Of a stretch of DNA of 64,000 bases, positions 38,073 to 50,897 are shown one piece after another; position 1 is the first letter of the stretch, and each line of letters opens with the position of its first letter. The DNA is from Octopus vulgaris (lineage: Eukaryota), in contig OX597833.1 of the NCBI GenBank assembly GCA_951406725.2, positions 19,034,001-19,098,000 of the forward strand. The letters are read 5' to 3'. A program made the position numbers and the translations under genes. Under the pieces are notes generated by a model. The model searched no databases, was not told the DNA's origin, and saw only the letters and a list, made by a program, of their open reading frames with translations.

Positions 38073-39365
38073 TGAGGGACGTTCAATAAGTAATGCCTCT
38101 GACCCACTTGCAATTGTTTGATCTAGCTGAAATTTTGCATGTGTAATCATTTATATCTCTATAGAGTAAGTGGCAAATTACAGCTCTGAATTAATTGTGG
38201 TTTCTGATTTACAGGTGTTTGAACCGAGTCAAGTGTGAAATGGAGCCTGTTGAGTGTCGAGCAGTGATCCGGTTTTTGTATTTGAAAGGACGCACACCAC
38301 GGGAGACTTTTGATGAAATGAAAGTAACTTATGGTGATGATGCCCCATCAGATGACCTTGTAAAACGCTGGCATCGTGAATTCAAACATGGTCGGAACTC
38401 TGTGGAAACAGCTCCCAGATCTGATCGCCCCTTCTGCCATTGATGAGGCATCTGTCCGTCAAGTTAAGGCTGCCATTTTGGAAGATCGACGCATAATTAT
38501 TCGCCAAATAGCCCATGAGGTCAAGATTAGTACCGGGTCTGTGGAAACTATCATTCATGACCATTTACATATGCAAAAGGTGTCTGCCAGATGGATTCCC
38601 AGGTTGCTCACGCCTTTCCAGAAGCAAGAACGCGTTGAGTGCTCGAGGGTGAATTTGGAGATGTGCCAAGAAGATGAGTCAAAATTTTTCAAAAGACTGT
38701 TTACACAGGATGAAACCTGGGTCCATCACGATGATCCAGAGACCAAAGCCCAGTCAGTGCAGTGGAAGCACCGTGACTCACCCCCTCCAAAGAAGGCAAG
38801 GGTGCAGCCCTCCTCTGGCAAGGTCATGCTCACAGTCTTCTGGGACCAGGACGGAGTAGTGATGACAGATTTCCTGGCAAAGGGTACCACAATTGCAGGA
38901 GCCTATTATGCTTCACTTTTGAGGAAATTAAGAGAAGTTATCAAAATCAAGAGGCGGGGCAAGATCAGCAAAGGCATCCTCCTCCTCCTATGGGACAACG
39001 CTCCGGTCCACAACTCGCTTGTCTCCAGATCAGAAGCACAGGCGTATGGCTATGAACTCCTCCCCCATCCCCCTACTTTCCTGACCTTGCACCCTCTGAT
39101 TTTCACCTCTTCCCAGTCATGAAGTTGTTTTTGAAAGGAAAGCGTTTCCCAGATGATGCAGCCTTGATTTCTGAAGTCACGTTCAGGTTGGAGGACCAAG
39201 CTGGGGTCTTCTATAAAAACGGTCTCCAGAGCTGCATCAAACAATGGGAGAAATGCGTAACTCTGGGTGGTTCCTATGTAGAAAAAGACTAATAACTGTG
39301 CCAAGTTTCGTTGCTCTACTGCTATGGGAAGTGGGTCAGGGGCATTACTTATTGAACGCCCCTCG
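38073..39365 (+). mobile_element. mariner (DD34D) transposon, full length, few frameshifts
   Basis: ~37-bp TIRs (tgagggacgttcaataagtaatgcctctgacccactt and its reverse complement) with TA flanks. Transposase ATG at 38240 to TAA at 39292, with WIPRLL, DETWV, DNAPVH and YFPDLAPSDFHLF across frameshifts. Inserted within a SINE copy. Confidence 0.96.
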
Positions 39366-42300
39366 TACACACATCTAAATGATGGGCTTCTTTCAGTTTC
39401 CATCTACCAAATCCACTCACAAGGCTTTGGTCGGCCCAAGGCTATAGTAGAAGACAATTGCCCAAGGTGCCATGCAGTGGGACTGAACCCAGAACCATGT
39501 GGTTGGTAAGCAAGCTATTTACCACACAGCCACTCCTACGCCTATTAGTTGTACAATAAAAAAAAAGAATTAAATGAAGAACTTAATGGGATTTGTTATG
39601 ATACCAGGTACAATTACATTGTTTCAATGGAACTTGCTGAGTAATTTACATCAAATGAAAGTAACTTTGAGAAAAACCTGAAAGTACACATTCTCAGAAA
39701 ATATTGCGATTCCAGTGAACTTACAGTCATCAAAATACATGAAAATAAATATATCTCTGGGCTGCATATGGATCACGGTTTCAATTCCCAGACCGGGCGT
39801 TGTTAGTGTTTACTGAGCGAAAACACCTAAAGCTCTCTGAAGCTCCGGTAGGGGATGGTGGTGAACCCAGCTGTACTCTTTCACCATCACTTTCTCTCGT
39901 TCTTTCTTCTTGTTTCTCTTGTACCTGTATTTCAAAGGGCCAGCCTTGTCACACTCTGTATCATGCTGTGTCTGTGGAGTGCTCAGCCACTTGCACGTTA
40001 ATTTCACGAGCAGGCTGTTCCGTTTATTGGATCAACTGGAACCTCTGTTGTTAAGATCGACAAAGTACCACTAGCAGCACACTATGGAAGGATGAACCAA
40101 ATGATGGGAAAATTCCATCAGATTTATAGAAAACTTTTTAATTCAATGTTCTATTCTTTTTCCTTTTTTTCTCTCTTGTTTTAACCAGTTATGTGTAAGC
40201 AAAATTTGATGACATTTTTTTTTTGTCTGGGAAGGAATGCAGGATGGTCCCATGGAAATTTTGAATTTTAGCATTTCTATGTATTATTTTAGTTTTATCC
40301 TGAAGAAGACAGAAGGACTGTTGAAATATTGTTCAGAACCCGTGGCCTATACCAGTGGTGTAACCAGCCCACTTAGGCATACCTTTCCTTCATTGGATAC
40401 TAAACTCAGCTTGCGAAGACCAGTTGGGACAAGTGAAATCGAAATCAAATTTGATGACAGCACCGCTTGACTGACATCCATGCTAGTGGAGCACCATCTG
40501 AGCATGATCATTGCCAGAGCCGCTGACTGGCTCCCATGCCAGTAGCACGTAAAAAAGCACCATTCAAGTGTGATCGTTACCAGTGTTGCCTTAGTGGCAC
40601 GTGAATGACAACATTCGAGCGAGGTCATTACCAGTACTGCTGGACTGGCTCCTGTGCAGGTGGCATGAAAAAAACACCATTTGAGCATGGCCATTGCCAG
40701 TACTGCCTGACTGGCCCTCATGCCGTGGCACGTAAGAGCACCCACTACACTCTCGGAACAGTTGGTTTTAGGAAGGGCATCCAGCTGTAGAAACTCTGCC
40801 AGATCAGATTGGAACCTGTTGCAGTCATCTGGCTTGCCAGCCCTCAGTCAAACCGTCCAACCCATGCCAGCATGGAAAGCAGATGTTAAACAACGACGAT
40901 GATGATGATGATGATGATTCACTAGACAAATTCAATCTCTTTTATTACATATTGCATTGCACTCTCTTGTGTATTTAACTTTGAGAAGAGTTATATCAAC
41001 CTTCATACATGGTTTCAATTCCTAGACCAGATGGCGCTTTGTGTTTCTAAGCAAAACATTTTACAATGAAGATGGGTAAATAATGAAATGTAAAAATGAT
41101 ATACAACTTGAGATGAAAATGAACTAGTAAGCGATGATTTATTCTCTGTTATAAAATACAATGAATGCCATACATGAAATAAAATAAATATATCAGGTTA
41201 CAACAAAAATGTGTGAGAGACTTCATGGTCAGGCTGGACTGTTGATCTTGTGGACAAAATTGACGTACTGTTTAGTAGTGTGTAGAGGCAGCCGATGGTG
41301 AGTTGGTCGTGTGGTATTCATACAGCAACGATGTAGGCAGGTGTCTTGTGAAGATGAAAGCAGAGATTGGCTGGTGTCAGATACATTGTTATCAGAGATG
41401 AGTAGTGTCTGGTGAATGGTGTGTGCTGAAGACCTAAAGCAGTCAAGAACTGCCGTTCTTATAGAGATCAGGAGGCTCCCAGGGCTGGTGATTAATTTCT
41501 CGCGTAAGGCAAAACAAACTGTTGTGCCAACATGATTGGACAGCTGGAAACTGACCAATATGAACAACAAGCTCGGCTAATCACAAGATCATGTGATCTG
41601 CTGGAACGAAAAGGCCTGTGGAGCTGATATCCAGGTATTTAAGCCTAAACAACTCAAAACGAAAACATTTCACACATAATGACAGCATAAATCACTTCTG
41701 CCACAACTTCATCTCACATTGTTCTAACGATCACTTCAACACCTGACATGTGATATACCATGCACCTGTACAGGTGTCATTGATTTAATGAAGCGAATGA
41801 GCTAATGTATAGCACATACATTTGATCACTATAAATAACTCATCTGTGCAGGTCGTTAAGCAAAAGCTAAACACTCATATGTTGTCTTTGACAGGTGAGT
41901 CCATTATTATAATTATTATTGTTATCATTATTATTACTATTATCATAAAGGTGGTGAGCTGGCAGAATTGTGAGTATGATGAATAAAATGATTCACAACA
42001 TTTTGTCCACCCATACATTCTGAGTTCAAAGCCTACCAAGGCTGACTTTGTCTTTCATTTTTTGGGGTTGATGAAGTGAGTACAAGTTGAGTACTAGGGC
42101 TGATGTAATTGACTTACTCCCACTTCCAAAATGTCAGGCCTTGTGTATATAACAGAAAGTATTATTATTATTATTATTATTAACGTAGCAAGCTGGCAGA
42201 ATTGTTAGCATGCTGGGCAAAATGCTTAGCAGTATTTCCTCCCTCTTCACATTCTGAGTTCAAATTTTACCTTGGTCCTTTCATTCTTTCAGGGTCAATA

Positions 42301-42461
42301 AAAGAAGTACCAGTTGAGCACTGGGGTCAATGTAATCGGCTAGCCTCCTCCTCTGAAATTGGTGACCTTGTGTCAAAATTTGAAATTATTATTATTATTA
42401 TTTTATGTTTGACTTTTGCTTTACATTTGTACAAGTTGGCTCCAAGTCTCACCCAGAGACC

Positions 42462-42462
<1 letters not shown>

Positions 42463-42494
<32 letters not shown>

Positions 42495-42538
42495 CATTAT
42501 TATTATTATTATTATTATTATCATTATTATTATTATTA
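42463..42538 (+). repeat. (ATT)n microsatellite, representative of many (TA)n, (CA)n, (GA)n, (CAT)n and (ATT)n tracts
   Basis: Direct reading. Other large tracts at 21882-21938, 28213-28253, 31840-31965, 32125-32194, 37760-37858, 52090-52220 and 63589-63629. Confidence 0.98.
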
Positions 42539-43199
42539 GTTCGAAGTCAATGAAATAAGTATCTGTTGAGTACTGGGGTTGATGTAATCAACTTACCCAC
42601 TCCTTTGAAATTCCTGGTCTTGTACCAAAAATTTGAACCCTTTATTATCTATTATTATTATTATTATTATTATTATTATCTATTATTATTATTATCTATT
42701 ATTATTATTATTAAGGCAGGGAGCTGGCAGAATCCTTACCATGCTGGGCAAAATGCTTTATAGCATTTTGTCCATCTTAACATCCTGAGTTCAAATTCCG
42801 CCAAGGTCAACTTTGCTTTTCAGTTGAGTACTTGGGTCAATGTAGATGACTTACTCCCTCCCCCAAAATACTGGCCTTGTGCCAAAATTTGAAATCAGAA
42901 GCATTGAACTGCTTAGCGGCATTTCGTCTGTCTTTACATTCTGAGTTCAAATTCTACTGGGGTTGAGTTATTCTCTCCACCAAAATTTCAGGCCTTGTGC
43001 CTATAGTAGGAAGAATTATTATTATTATTATTAGTATTAGTGGCAGTATCATTGTGTTTTTCTTATCTTATTACCAATCTCATTCTTCATTTGTTTTTAT
43101 TCTTATTTGATTGTTATTTTATTTTATTCTTATTTGATTGTTAGTAGTATAGGTGTTAATAGTTTTTCTTATTATTATCATTATAACTACTATATGCTC

Positions 43200-44110
43200 T
43201 ACTAGTTAGTAGAGACGTCTTGAGGTTTGGTGATACAAGGTTTCCTCAAATCTCAAAAATCTTTCTGAGGAATTCTATAGAATACAAGATTGCACTTTTC
43301 TGCAGGCCAACAATGGAAAACTCAATTCCAATATTCTTCAGCCTCTTAGATAGCATTTTGTGTGTTATACCATGTGTACCAGTTACCACAGGAATAGTTA
43401 TTATTTTTATCTTCTTCAATCTCTCTCTATCCAGGTCCTGATGCTTCTTAACTTCTTCAATTTCTTTTGTATCCATTTTGTTATCATATAGTACTGTAAA
43501 TCTATGATCTCATAAGTTTATTTCTTTTGTTGTTTATAACAATATGTGGTCTTTTTGCTTCAGTGGCATGGTCAGTTTTTACAGGGAAGTCCTAAAAAAT
43601 CCTGTAATTCTCATTTTCTATGACAGTTTCTTGTTTGTGTTCATACTTATTTCTGTTACTTTGAATCCATATACTTGGCTAACATTCTAATGCATTCTTT
43701 TACCAACACAGTCATACCTGCACTTATACTCTTTTTGTGCTAGCTTACTGCATTCATTCACGTGATGGCTTATACTTTTGTTTCCTTTCCTACAGATTCT
43801 GTGTTTGCCCTCTGACTGACTTTTACTGAGCTTTGCCTTTATCAAATTCACTGCAAAGGCTTGTTCCAGAGTGGCTATAATTGACAATTCAGTTTCTCAT
43901 TTCAGGTTTCTGTCCTTCAGTCACAACCAGTGTTCTTTACTTTCAACAACTTCACTTTATCGCAGGAGTTGGCTATGTAATTTCTTCTCTTTCCAATCAC
44001 TTCTTCCTTTGGTCTTTTTTTCTGTTCTTGAATATTCCAGCTGTTTCATTAACATTTTGGACAATTATAGTTGCTGATAATATTCTTTCTTCACTAGTTT
44101 TTCAAACTGA
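43200..44110 (-). mobile_element. R4/Dong-like non-LTR retrotransposon 3' fragment (zinc knuckle plus restriction-like endonuclease)
   Basis: IIATLEQAF, RICRKGNKSISHHVNECSKLAQKEYKCRYDCVGKRMH, DTKEIEEVKKHQDL and IPVVTGTHG...LQKSAILYSIEFLRKI; ends in a (TAA)n-like tail. Confidence 0.8.
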
Positions 44111-45920
44111 ATATTGCAATTCTAATGGTATCTTTTGCATTTAGCAATCCTCCGCCTCCGTCCTTTCTTGGGTGATGTGCATTGTGTGTTCTCAACTGGT
44201 AAAGGGATGAAATTGTGATAGAAGCCTTGGCAACGGGACCACTCATGTCTAGAAACTGAGGTTGGGGATAAGCAAGGGCATGCTCCCCATAGAAAATCCA
44301 GCTCCAAAAAAGCCTCATGATAGCAAAGGAGAATGGGCACCAGCCGGCCCAAAGGTTGGAGTGGGCTGCACCTGCCTGCCCTGGTTGTTATGACATTGAG
44401 GTAGATCCAGCCACCCCTGTTAACGGGGACAAAACCCAGATTTAAAACACTGGATGATGATATTAATTTCAAATTTTGGCACAAGGCCAGTAATTTGGGG
44501 GGAGGAAAAAATCAGTTATATTGACTCCATTGTTACTTATTTAATCGACCCAGAAGGAACAAAAGACAAAGTCAAATTGGGTGGAATTTGAACTCAGAAT
44601 GTAAAAACAGATGAAATACTGCTAAACATTTTGCCCAGCATGCTAACAGTTCTGCCAGCTCATCACCATACTATATCCATCAATTGATACTGAAAATTTG
44701 TAGAGAATTTGCAAGAATGATGTAGTTTTTTGCTGTGTAGGTATCAGTGAACTAAGACTTATCTTACACGTGGCCCTAATCCAATTGTTCTCAACCATTT
44801 TTTACCTGTGAACCCCTTTAATTCCTGTTTTACTCAACTTGACCCTCATAACTATTCAAGATATGTAAAAAAAAATCCGTATTTTTATTATTGAATATCA
44901 TTAGGAATTGTATAAAACATTGCTAAATATTTTGAGTATTGTAAAGGAATAAGCAATTCGTACCCAATAAATTTCAACAATAGAATCTTATATGGACCCC
45001 AAAGGGCCATTCAGGCTCCGGTTGTGAAACACCCATCAAAATTCTGAATAAATCAAGGTCAACCATTACTTTGGCAGTAAAGAAGACTTCCTTCATTTGA
45101 ATATTGTAAGGGATAGACTAAACCCATCCAAGCTCCAAAGGAACCAGACTTACACCAGATTACAGAAGCTATATGATTATAGAGGAAGATGCTTAATCCT
45201 TTAGCATTTAAACCAGCCATATCTTAGTCCAAATATTCTTCCTCTTTTATGGTCTAACTGACCAGATTCAACATCTCACATCTACCTTATAATGTCATTG
45301 TAAAAAATAAAGAGCCACTTTATCAAAATCTTGAAGCCACAAGAACATGCATGATTAATTCAAGACAGTGTGAATAAATAAATAATACATTTGAAAGAGT
45401 AATCTGAATGCTAAAGGGTTAACCCATTCGTTACTGTATTTATTTTGAGATGCTCTGTGTTTCTTTCAACTATAACAAAGAATTTAGTAAAATAACTTAG
45501 TTATCATTCAGCTAGTGTTAGGAACATAAATTGTGACTAAGGTTTAGTGGAAGATTTTAATTCAATACTTATGAAATCAAGATATTTGTACTACAGAGCC
45601 AGAGGTGGTTTCAGCTGGGTTGATAACAAAAGGGTTAATATGAAGAACATGGATTAGCAACCCACTTCTATTGACAACCTACTACCAATATAATATAAAA
45701 ATAAGGACTCCAAAAGTCAATTGAAACACATACAAGTTCTGATGCTATTAAAAGAAAACAAAACAAAAAAAAAGAAAGCAAACAAATCCTTAAGGAAAGG
45801 AGAACAAAGAAAATGTTATGAGCTTGTGTGCTTTATGCCAAGATTTAACAACAAAAAATAACCAAAAAGAAAAAAAAACCCACATCTCTCAGTTATAAAC
45901 TGAAAACCAAGCATTTAAAA

Positions 45921-46390
45921 CAGTGGTTCTTAACCATTTTTAACCTATGGACCCCTTTGGTGTCTACTTTCATTTACTGGAGTCCTTATTTTTATATTAT
46001 ATTGGTAGCAGATTGTCAATAGAAGTGGGTTGCTAATCCATTTGTTCTTCATAATTAACCCTTTTGTTACCAACCCGGCCGAAACCAGCTCTGGCTCTGT
46101 AGTACAAATGTCTTGTTTTCGTAAGTTTTGAATTAAATGGCCATTCGATGTTTTAAAAAATCCTATTATATTTTTATGATTAAATATTAGGAACAGTTGA
46201 AAAATAATTATTAAAATATTCTGAGTATTGTAGAAATATAACTGATGTTTTGGAGATAAATTTTAACAACAGAATCTTATATGGACTCCCACCAGGGTCG
46301 TACAGACCCCCAAGAGTCATATGGACCCCCAAGAGTTATATGGACTCCCCGCCAAACAAAGGTTATATGAACTCTGGTTGAGAACCACTG
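45921..46390. mobile_element. hAT-type MITE with internal atggacccc subterminal repeats, interrupted by an inverted duplication
   Basis: TIRs cagtggttcttaacc / ggttgagaaccactg, 8-bp TSD (a/g)tttaaaa. A related decayed copy lies at about 44782-45030. Confidence 0.8.
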
Positions 46391-46788
46391 GTTTAAAAAG
46401 AAAAAAAAATGTATACTCATTGAAAAACAACTGATTGGTGTAGCAAAGAATAATTTGAGGGAGTTTTCAAAAAGAAAGAAAAAGTTATATATAAACAAAC
46501 AACAGCTGGTGTGTTTTATAGATTTTATTTTTGAAACTCTTCCAAAATATAACAATATTCGTTTCAACACATGGTTTCAGATCAAAATTCTTGCAAAATA
46601 AATTCAATACAACACCCCAACACATCATCATCATCATTTAACACCACTTCTTCCATGTTGGCATGGACTGCAAGGAATCATAGCTTGACTGGAATCATCA
46701 AGTTGGAAGGTTGCACCAAGCTTCAGTGTCTGTTTTGGTATGGTTTCAAGAGTTGAATGCCCTTCTTAACACCAACCACTCTATAGAG

Positions 46789-46989
46789 CAGTGGTTTTCA
46801 ACCAGGGTTCCGCCAGTACAGTCCAGGGGTTCTGCAAGAAGTTACAAAACTGCTAAAATCAGCAGTAATTTTTAATTCTCCTGTGCAGATATGTGTGCAT
46901 AAAACTATTAAATTATTGCACAGGGGTTCCTCGAGCCAGTGGAATGTTTCCTCGGGGTTCCGCTCCAGCAAAAAGTTTGAAAAGCACTG
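46789..46989. mobile_element. hAT-type MITE
   Basis: TIRs cagtggttttcaa / ttgaaaagcactg with a perfect 8-bp TSD ctatagag (46781-46788 and 46990-46997); inserted in an RTE tail. Confidence 0.9.
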
Positions 46990-48239
46990 CTATAGAGTGT
47001 ATTTGGTGCTTTTTTCTTGTGGCACCAGCACTAGCGAGGCCACCAAGTATTTGCAAGACAAGACCTCTTGAAGAATGTGGAAGTATGATAGAAGGACAAA
47101 TTGCACAGACACTCACTCCCTTGTTGCTGTAACCACCAGAAATGCAATGACCCAGGGATTGGCCCAATGGAAATCTACTACAAATGATACAGCTCTTTGG
47201 GAAAATGTGATAAAAAGAAATAAACAAGGAAGTAGAGTTTGAGAATTTGAATATTAATGTGGTATCTTCAGTAGTTTATAACCTTCTGGATTTTGCATTA
47301 GCATGCAGTTGATAGTGAGTACATACTACTGACAAAGCTCAACAAAGAAGAAATTTCCAGATAAATATTGTAGTAAATTTGCCCTTTTGGTGGTGTATTT
47401 GCATTAAGTATGATGCACAGATTGCTATTTTAATCTAGTACTGCTTCTGATGCACATAACTGATTTTTATCCTACTGGGTCTAGTCTAGTGCTCATTTGC
47501 AGGTCCTGTGCATGTGAACCTTCTCCAACACTCTCTATATCATCTGGGAGGTCCCATACCCTCCTCTGTTACCATTAAGTTGATTACAAAAACTTTGGCT
47601 AATATGACTAGATTTGAGATAGATACTGGGATTTGAACTCAGAATGTAAAAAGCCATAAGATATATCGTTAAGTATTTCTACTGATGCGTTAATAATTCT
47701 GGCACTCTCCCAACGACAGAGCAATGTGAAATGAAGTGTTTTGCTCAAGAATACATTGTGTTGCCCAGTTTGGAAATCGAACCCAAAACCTGGCAATTGT
47801 GAATGCAGCATCCTAACCACCGGGCCATGTGCTTTCACATTCAGCTGGGTTGCTAACTGCAATACCAGTGATTTTTCAATCATCTTTCTTCCTATGTCTT
47901 AGCATGTGATTCTCAGTGTGTACATGCTACTGACAAAAGCCCAATGAGACAGAAATGTGCATCTAACATTCTCATCATAGCTGGATAATGTTCATGCTAC
48001 TGATATGTTTGTGTTTTAAACACAGTGCGCCCATGAGAACTATTATCTCTGGATAATATTATCTCTGTGCAGGTGGCACATAAAAAGCACCCACTACACT
48101 CTCGGAGTAGTTGGCGTTAGGAAGGGCATCCAGCTGTAGAAACACTGCCAGATCAGACTGGGCCTGGCGCAGCCTTCTGGCTTCCCTGACCCCAGTTGAA
48201 CTGTCCAACCCATGCTAGCATGGAAAACGGACGTTAAAC

Positions 48240-48272
<33 letters not shown>

Positions 48273-48471
48273 TGAGCATCACAGTAAATTTGCCTTTTTT
48301 TGTGATGTATCTACATCAAGAATGATACACAGATAGCTATTTTATTCTATCACATAGTAGTCTTGGATATATAAAAAGTCTGGATGGTCACTGATCACAG
48401 AACATTTTTCATTATATGTCTCCTCAAACAGGGCTGTGTTGGGGAGGTTAAACAACAACTGGGTAATCTTG

Positions 48472-48773
48472 CAGTTCTGTATTTAAGAGATGAAGAATTA
48501 TGTACATTATTTACATTCGACAGATATTTGTCCTCATCTTGTCTGTTGTTAACACAACATTTCGGCTGATATACCCTCCAGCCTTCATCAGGTGTCTTGG
48601 GGAAATTTTGAACCTGGATTCTCATTCCTAAGGCATTTTTCGATGTTCTTCTTCTTCTTATTATTGTTAGTGTTCAGGTCACTGCTTGGAATCGAACTCA
48701 GAGTCTTGGGGTTAGTAACCCGCGCTCTTAACTATTATGCCATATGTCTACGAGCATAGGGCGTAGTCGTTAA
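48472..48773 (-). mobile_element. Family H SINE copy with the start of a fold-back second head
   Basis: Colinear with 1791-2053. After the head comes catagggcgtagtcgttaa (48754-48773), a truncated inverted head. Confidence 0.85.
48551..48596 (-). ncRNA. Minimal type I hammerhead ribozyme motif
   Basis: Minus strand gacac-CTGATGA-a-ggctg gagggtatat cagcc-GAAA-TGT-T-gtgtt. Stem I gacac/gtgtt is fully paired (one G-U). Confidence 0.78.
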
Positions 48774-49035
48774 TCTTGCCTTTGAATATTAGTTTAACCC
48801 TTTTACATTCAGATTATTTTGCCAAGTACAAGGCTTATTTATTCAAATTGTTTTGAATTAATCAAGCATTATCTTGTAGCTTTGAGATCTCAATGATGTT
48901 TATTTTGGGGACTCCATTGTAGGGTAGGTGAGAGATTCCAGATTTAGCCAGTTTGAATGTAAAATGAGTAATATATATTTGGACTGGATATGTATGGCCA
49001 GTTTAAATGCAAATGTGCTAAGCCTGACCATTCAA

Positions 49036-49198
49036 CTAAGTTACACATCTCTTTTTCTTATAAGGTTTCACATGAACTACAGGCGGATGGACATCTTTTT
49101 TGCCAGACACTCTGGATTGTGGTGCTGCTGTTGCAGACTTTCCTGTTTTCATTGGTCTTTTACCAAACATATTTGCCTTCTTTTTCAAGAATTGATGC
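49036..49198 (-). CDS. CENATAC: CENATAC/CCDC84 terminal coding exon
   Basis: cttttgcttcag acceptor. The phase-2 join gives KHQFLKKKANMFGKRPMKTGKSATAAPQSRVSGKKDVHPPVVHVKPYKKKRCVT-TAG; KHQF matches human RHQF. Confidence 0.85.
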
Positions 49199-49374
49199 CT
49201 GAAGCAAAAGAATAAAAAATATCATTATGTCATTTGTAGATAAAGCATAGGTACATACAAGCATAGGTACATTCTGCTTTTCAATCACATAGTTTGGGGT
49301 TTAGTTCCACTGTGTGGAACCATGGGTATATGTCTTTGTAGCAGACGCTTAGTGAAATTCTCTCTCTCTCTCTC

Positions 49375-50267
49375 TGTTATATTACATAAGTACGGATGTA
49401 GCAGATAACAGCTAGCTTTCGGCCGCTTGGACCCTGTTGTGTCCACTACTCTGATTGGTTGGTATTGGCGCAGTTTGTCTCTTGCTCTATTACGTGCCAA
49501 TGTGCAACCCAACCAATCGCAGCCTTCTGATAAGGTCACGTGAGACAGTCTCTTCTAAATCTCCGTTTGAGCCAATAGCTTGCTATAAAACTTCAGCGAT
49601 TCATTGAGTCGAAGTCTTTGGTTCTAGACCTTCTAAGGTCTAACCACTGACCACTGACCACACAGCCAGTTCCAGCGAGAGACAACACCAGCAGCCCACA
49701 TGGAGAAACATCAACACTTCGTCCAGCAGTACCAGGACCTTCATCTCCATTGCCAACAACATCTCTCTATGCACACCCAGGTTCTATCTCCACACTGTTT
49801 GTGAATTACTTCACCATGGTTAACAGCAAATACAATCTGCGAGATCTTCCTGTATCAAGTGACCAGCAGCAGCATAGTAGCCACAACTTCTTACATGACA
49901 TGTGCTTCAACCGGCTCTGCTTCTACACCACAACTTCTTGTTACAGCTCTTCAACTATTGTGTACCTTACTACAAACTGGTATTTATCTTCATTGTGCGA
50001 GAACATTCTTCTAATGTCCTGTTATAGACTCTTTCAATGCACTGTATTTTATCTCACACACATACACCCTTGTTTGTACACACATACACATTATGTATAC
50101 ATGACGGCCTGTCTATTGTTATTATTATTATGTACATATGACGCATACACAGACACACACGTGTTAATACCTAAATAAAATCTTCTCTTAAACCTTCTAT
50201 TGGTTTTGTATTTCTTTTCCTTCTGGCACTCAGACTCATTTATCCTTTGTGCATTTATTGTAAGCGA
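49375..50267 (+). mobile_element. Probable solo LTR in the last CENATAC intron
   Basis: Starts with TG. CCAAT/ATTGG boxes at about 49455, 49497, 49513 and 49572, TATAAAA at 49584 and AATAAA at 50174 followed by a T-rich tract. The 3' CA end and a TSD were not found. Confidence 0.55.
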
Positions 50268-50897
50268 CTGTGCAGGTGGTGAAGCACAACCTTCGAACTT
50301 TAGGTCTCACCGAGGAAATGACTAGAGAAGAGACTGGGACCTTTGGAAGTATGCTGTGTGTGAGAAGACCCGGCAGGAGAAATGAGACCATAACCCGTGG
50401 CCTCTACCTGGGACGTAGCCAGTCCACTTATGCATACCTTTCCTTCTTGGGACACAAAACTCTACTTGTGAAGACCTGTTGAGGTAAGTGAGAATCAAAA
50501 TCGAAATTGATGAACATCAATGGAAATTGTAGCTGTGATACCAGTGCCAGCGCCAGCGCCGCCCTGACTGGCCTCCGTGCCGGTGGCACATAAAAAGCAC
50601 CATCCGATTGTGGCTGTTGCCAGCCTCACCTGACCTCTGTGCCGGTGGCACGTAAAAAACACCATCCAATCGTGGCCGTTTGCCAGCCTCGTCTGGCACC
50701 TGTCCCGGTGGCACGTAAAAAGCACCCACTACACTCACGGAGTGGTTGGCGTTAGGAAGGGCATCCAGCCGTAGAAACATTGCCAGATCAGACTGGGCCT
50801 GGTGCAGCCTTCTGGCTTCCCAGACCAGAGTTGAACCGTCCAACCCATGCTAGCATGGAAAGCGGACGTTAAACGATGATGATGATGGTGATGATGT
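50268..50897 (+). mobile_element. RTE LINE 3' end: ORF tail plus 3'UTR with tandem ~61-nt units and (GAT)n tail
   Basis: VVKHNLRTLGLTEEMT..WKYAV.EKTRQ, then units containing GTGCCGGTGGCACGTAAAAAGCACC, then tggttggcgttaggaagggcatccagc...gttaaacgatgatg. Related copies at about 629-810, 18520-18820, 31965-32125, 34490-34990, 40340-40918, 48066-48275, 54900-55245, 57655-58230 and 60230-60500. Confidence 0.8.

Noticed and set aside
50540-50730. CRISPR-like array of GTGCCGGTGGCACGTAAAAAGCACC repeats
   Set aside because: The spacers are homologous to each other, the context is a eukaryotic RTE 3'UTR and there are no cas genes.
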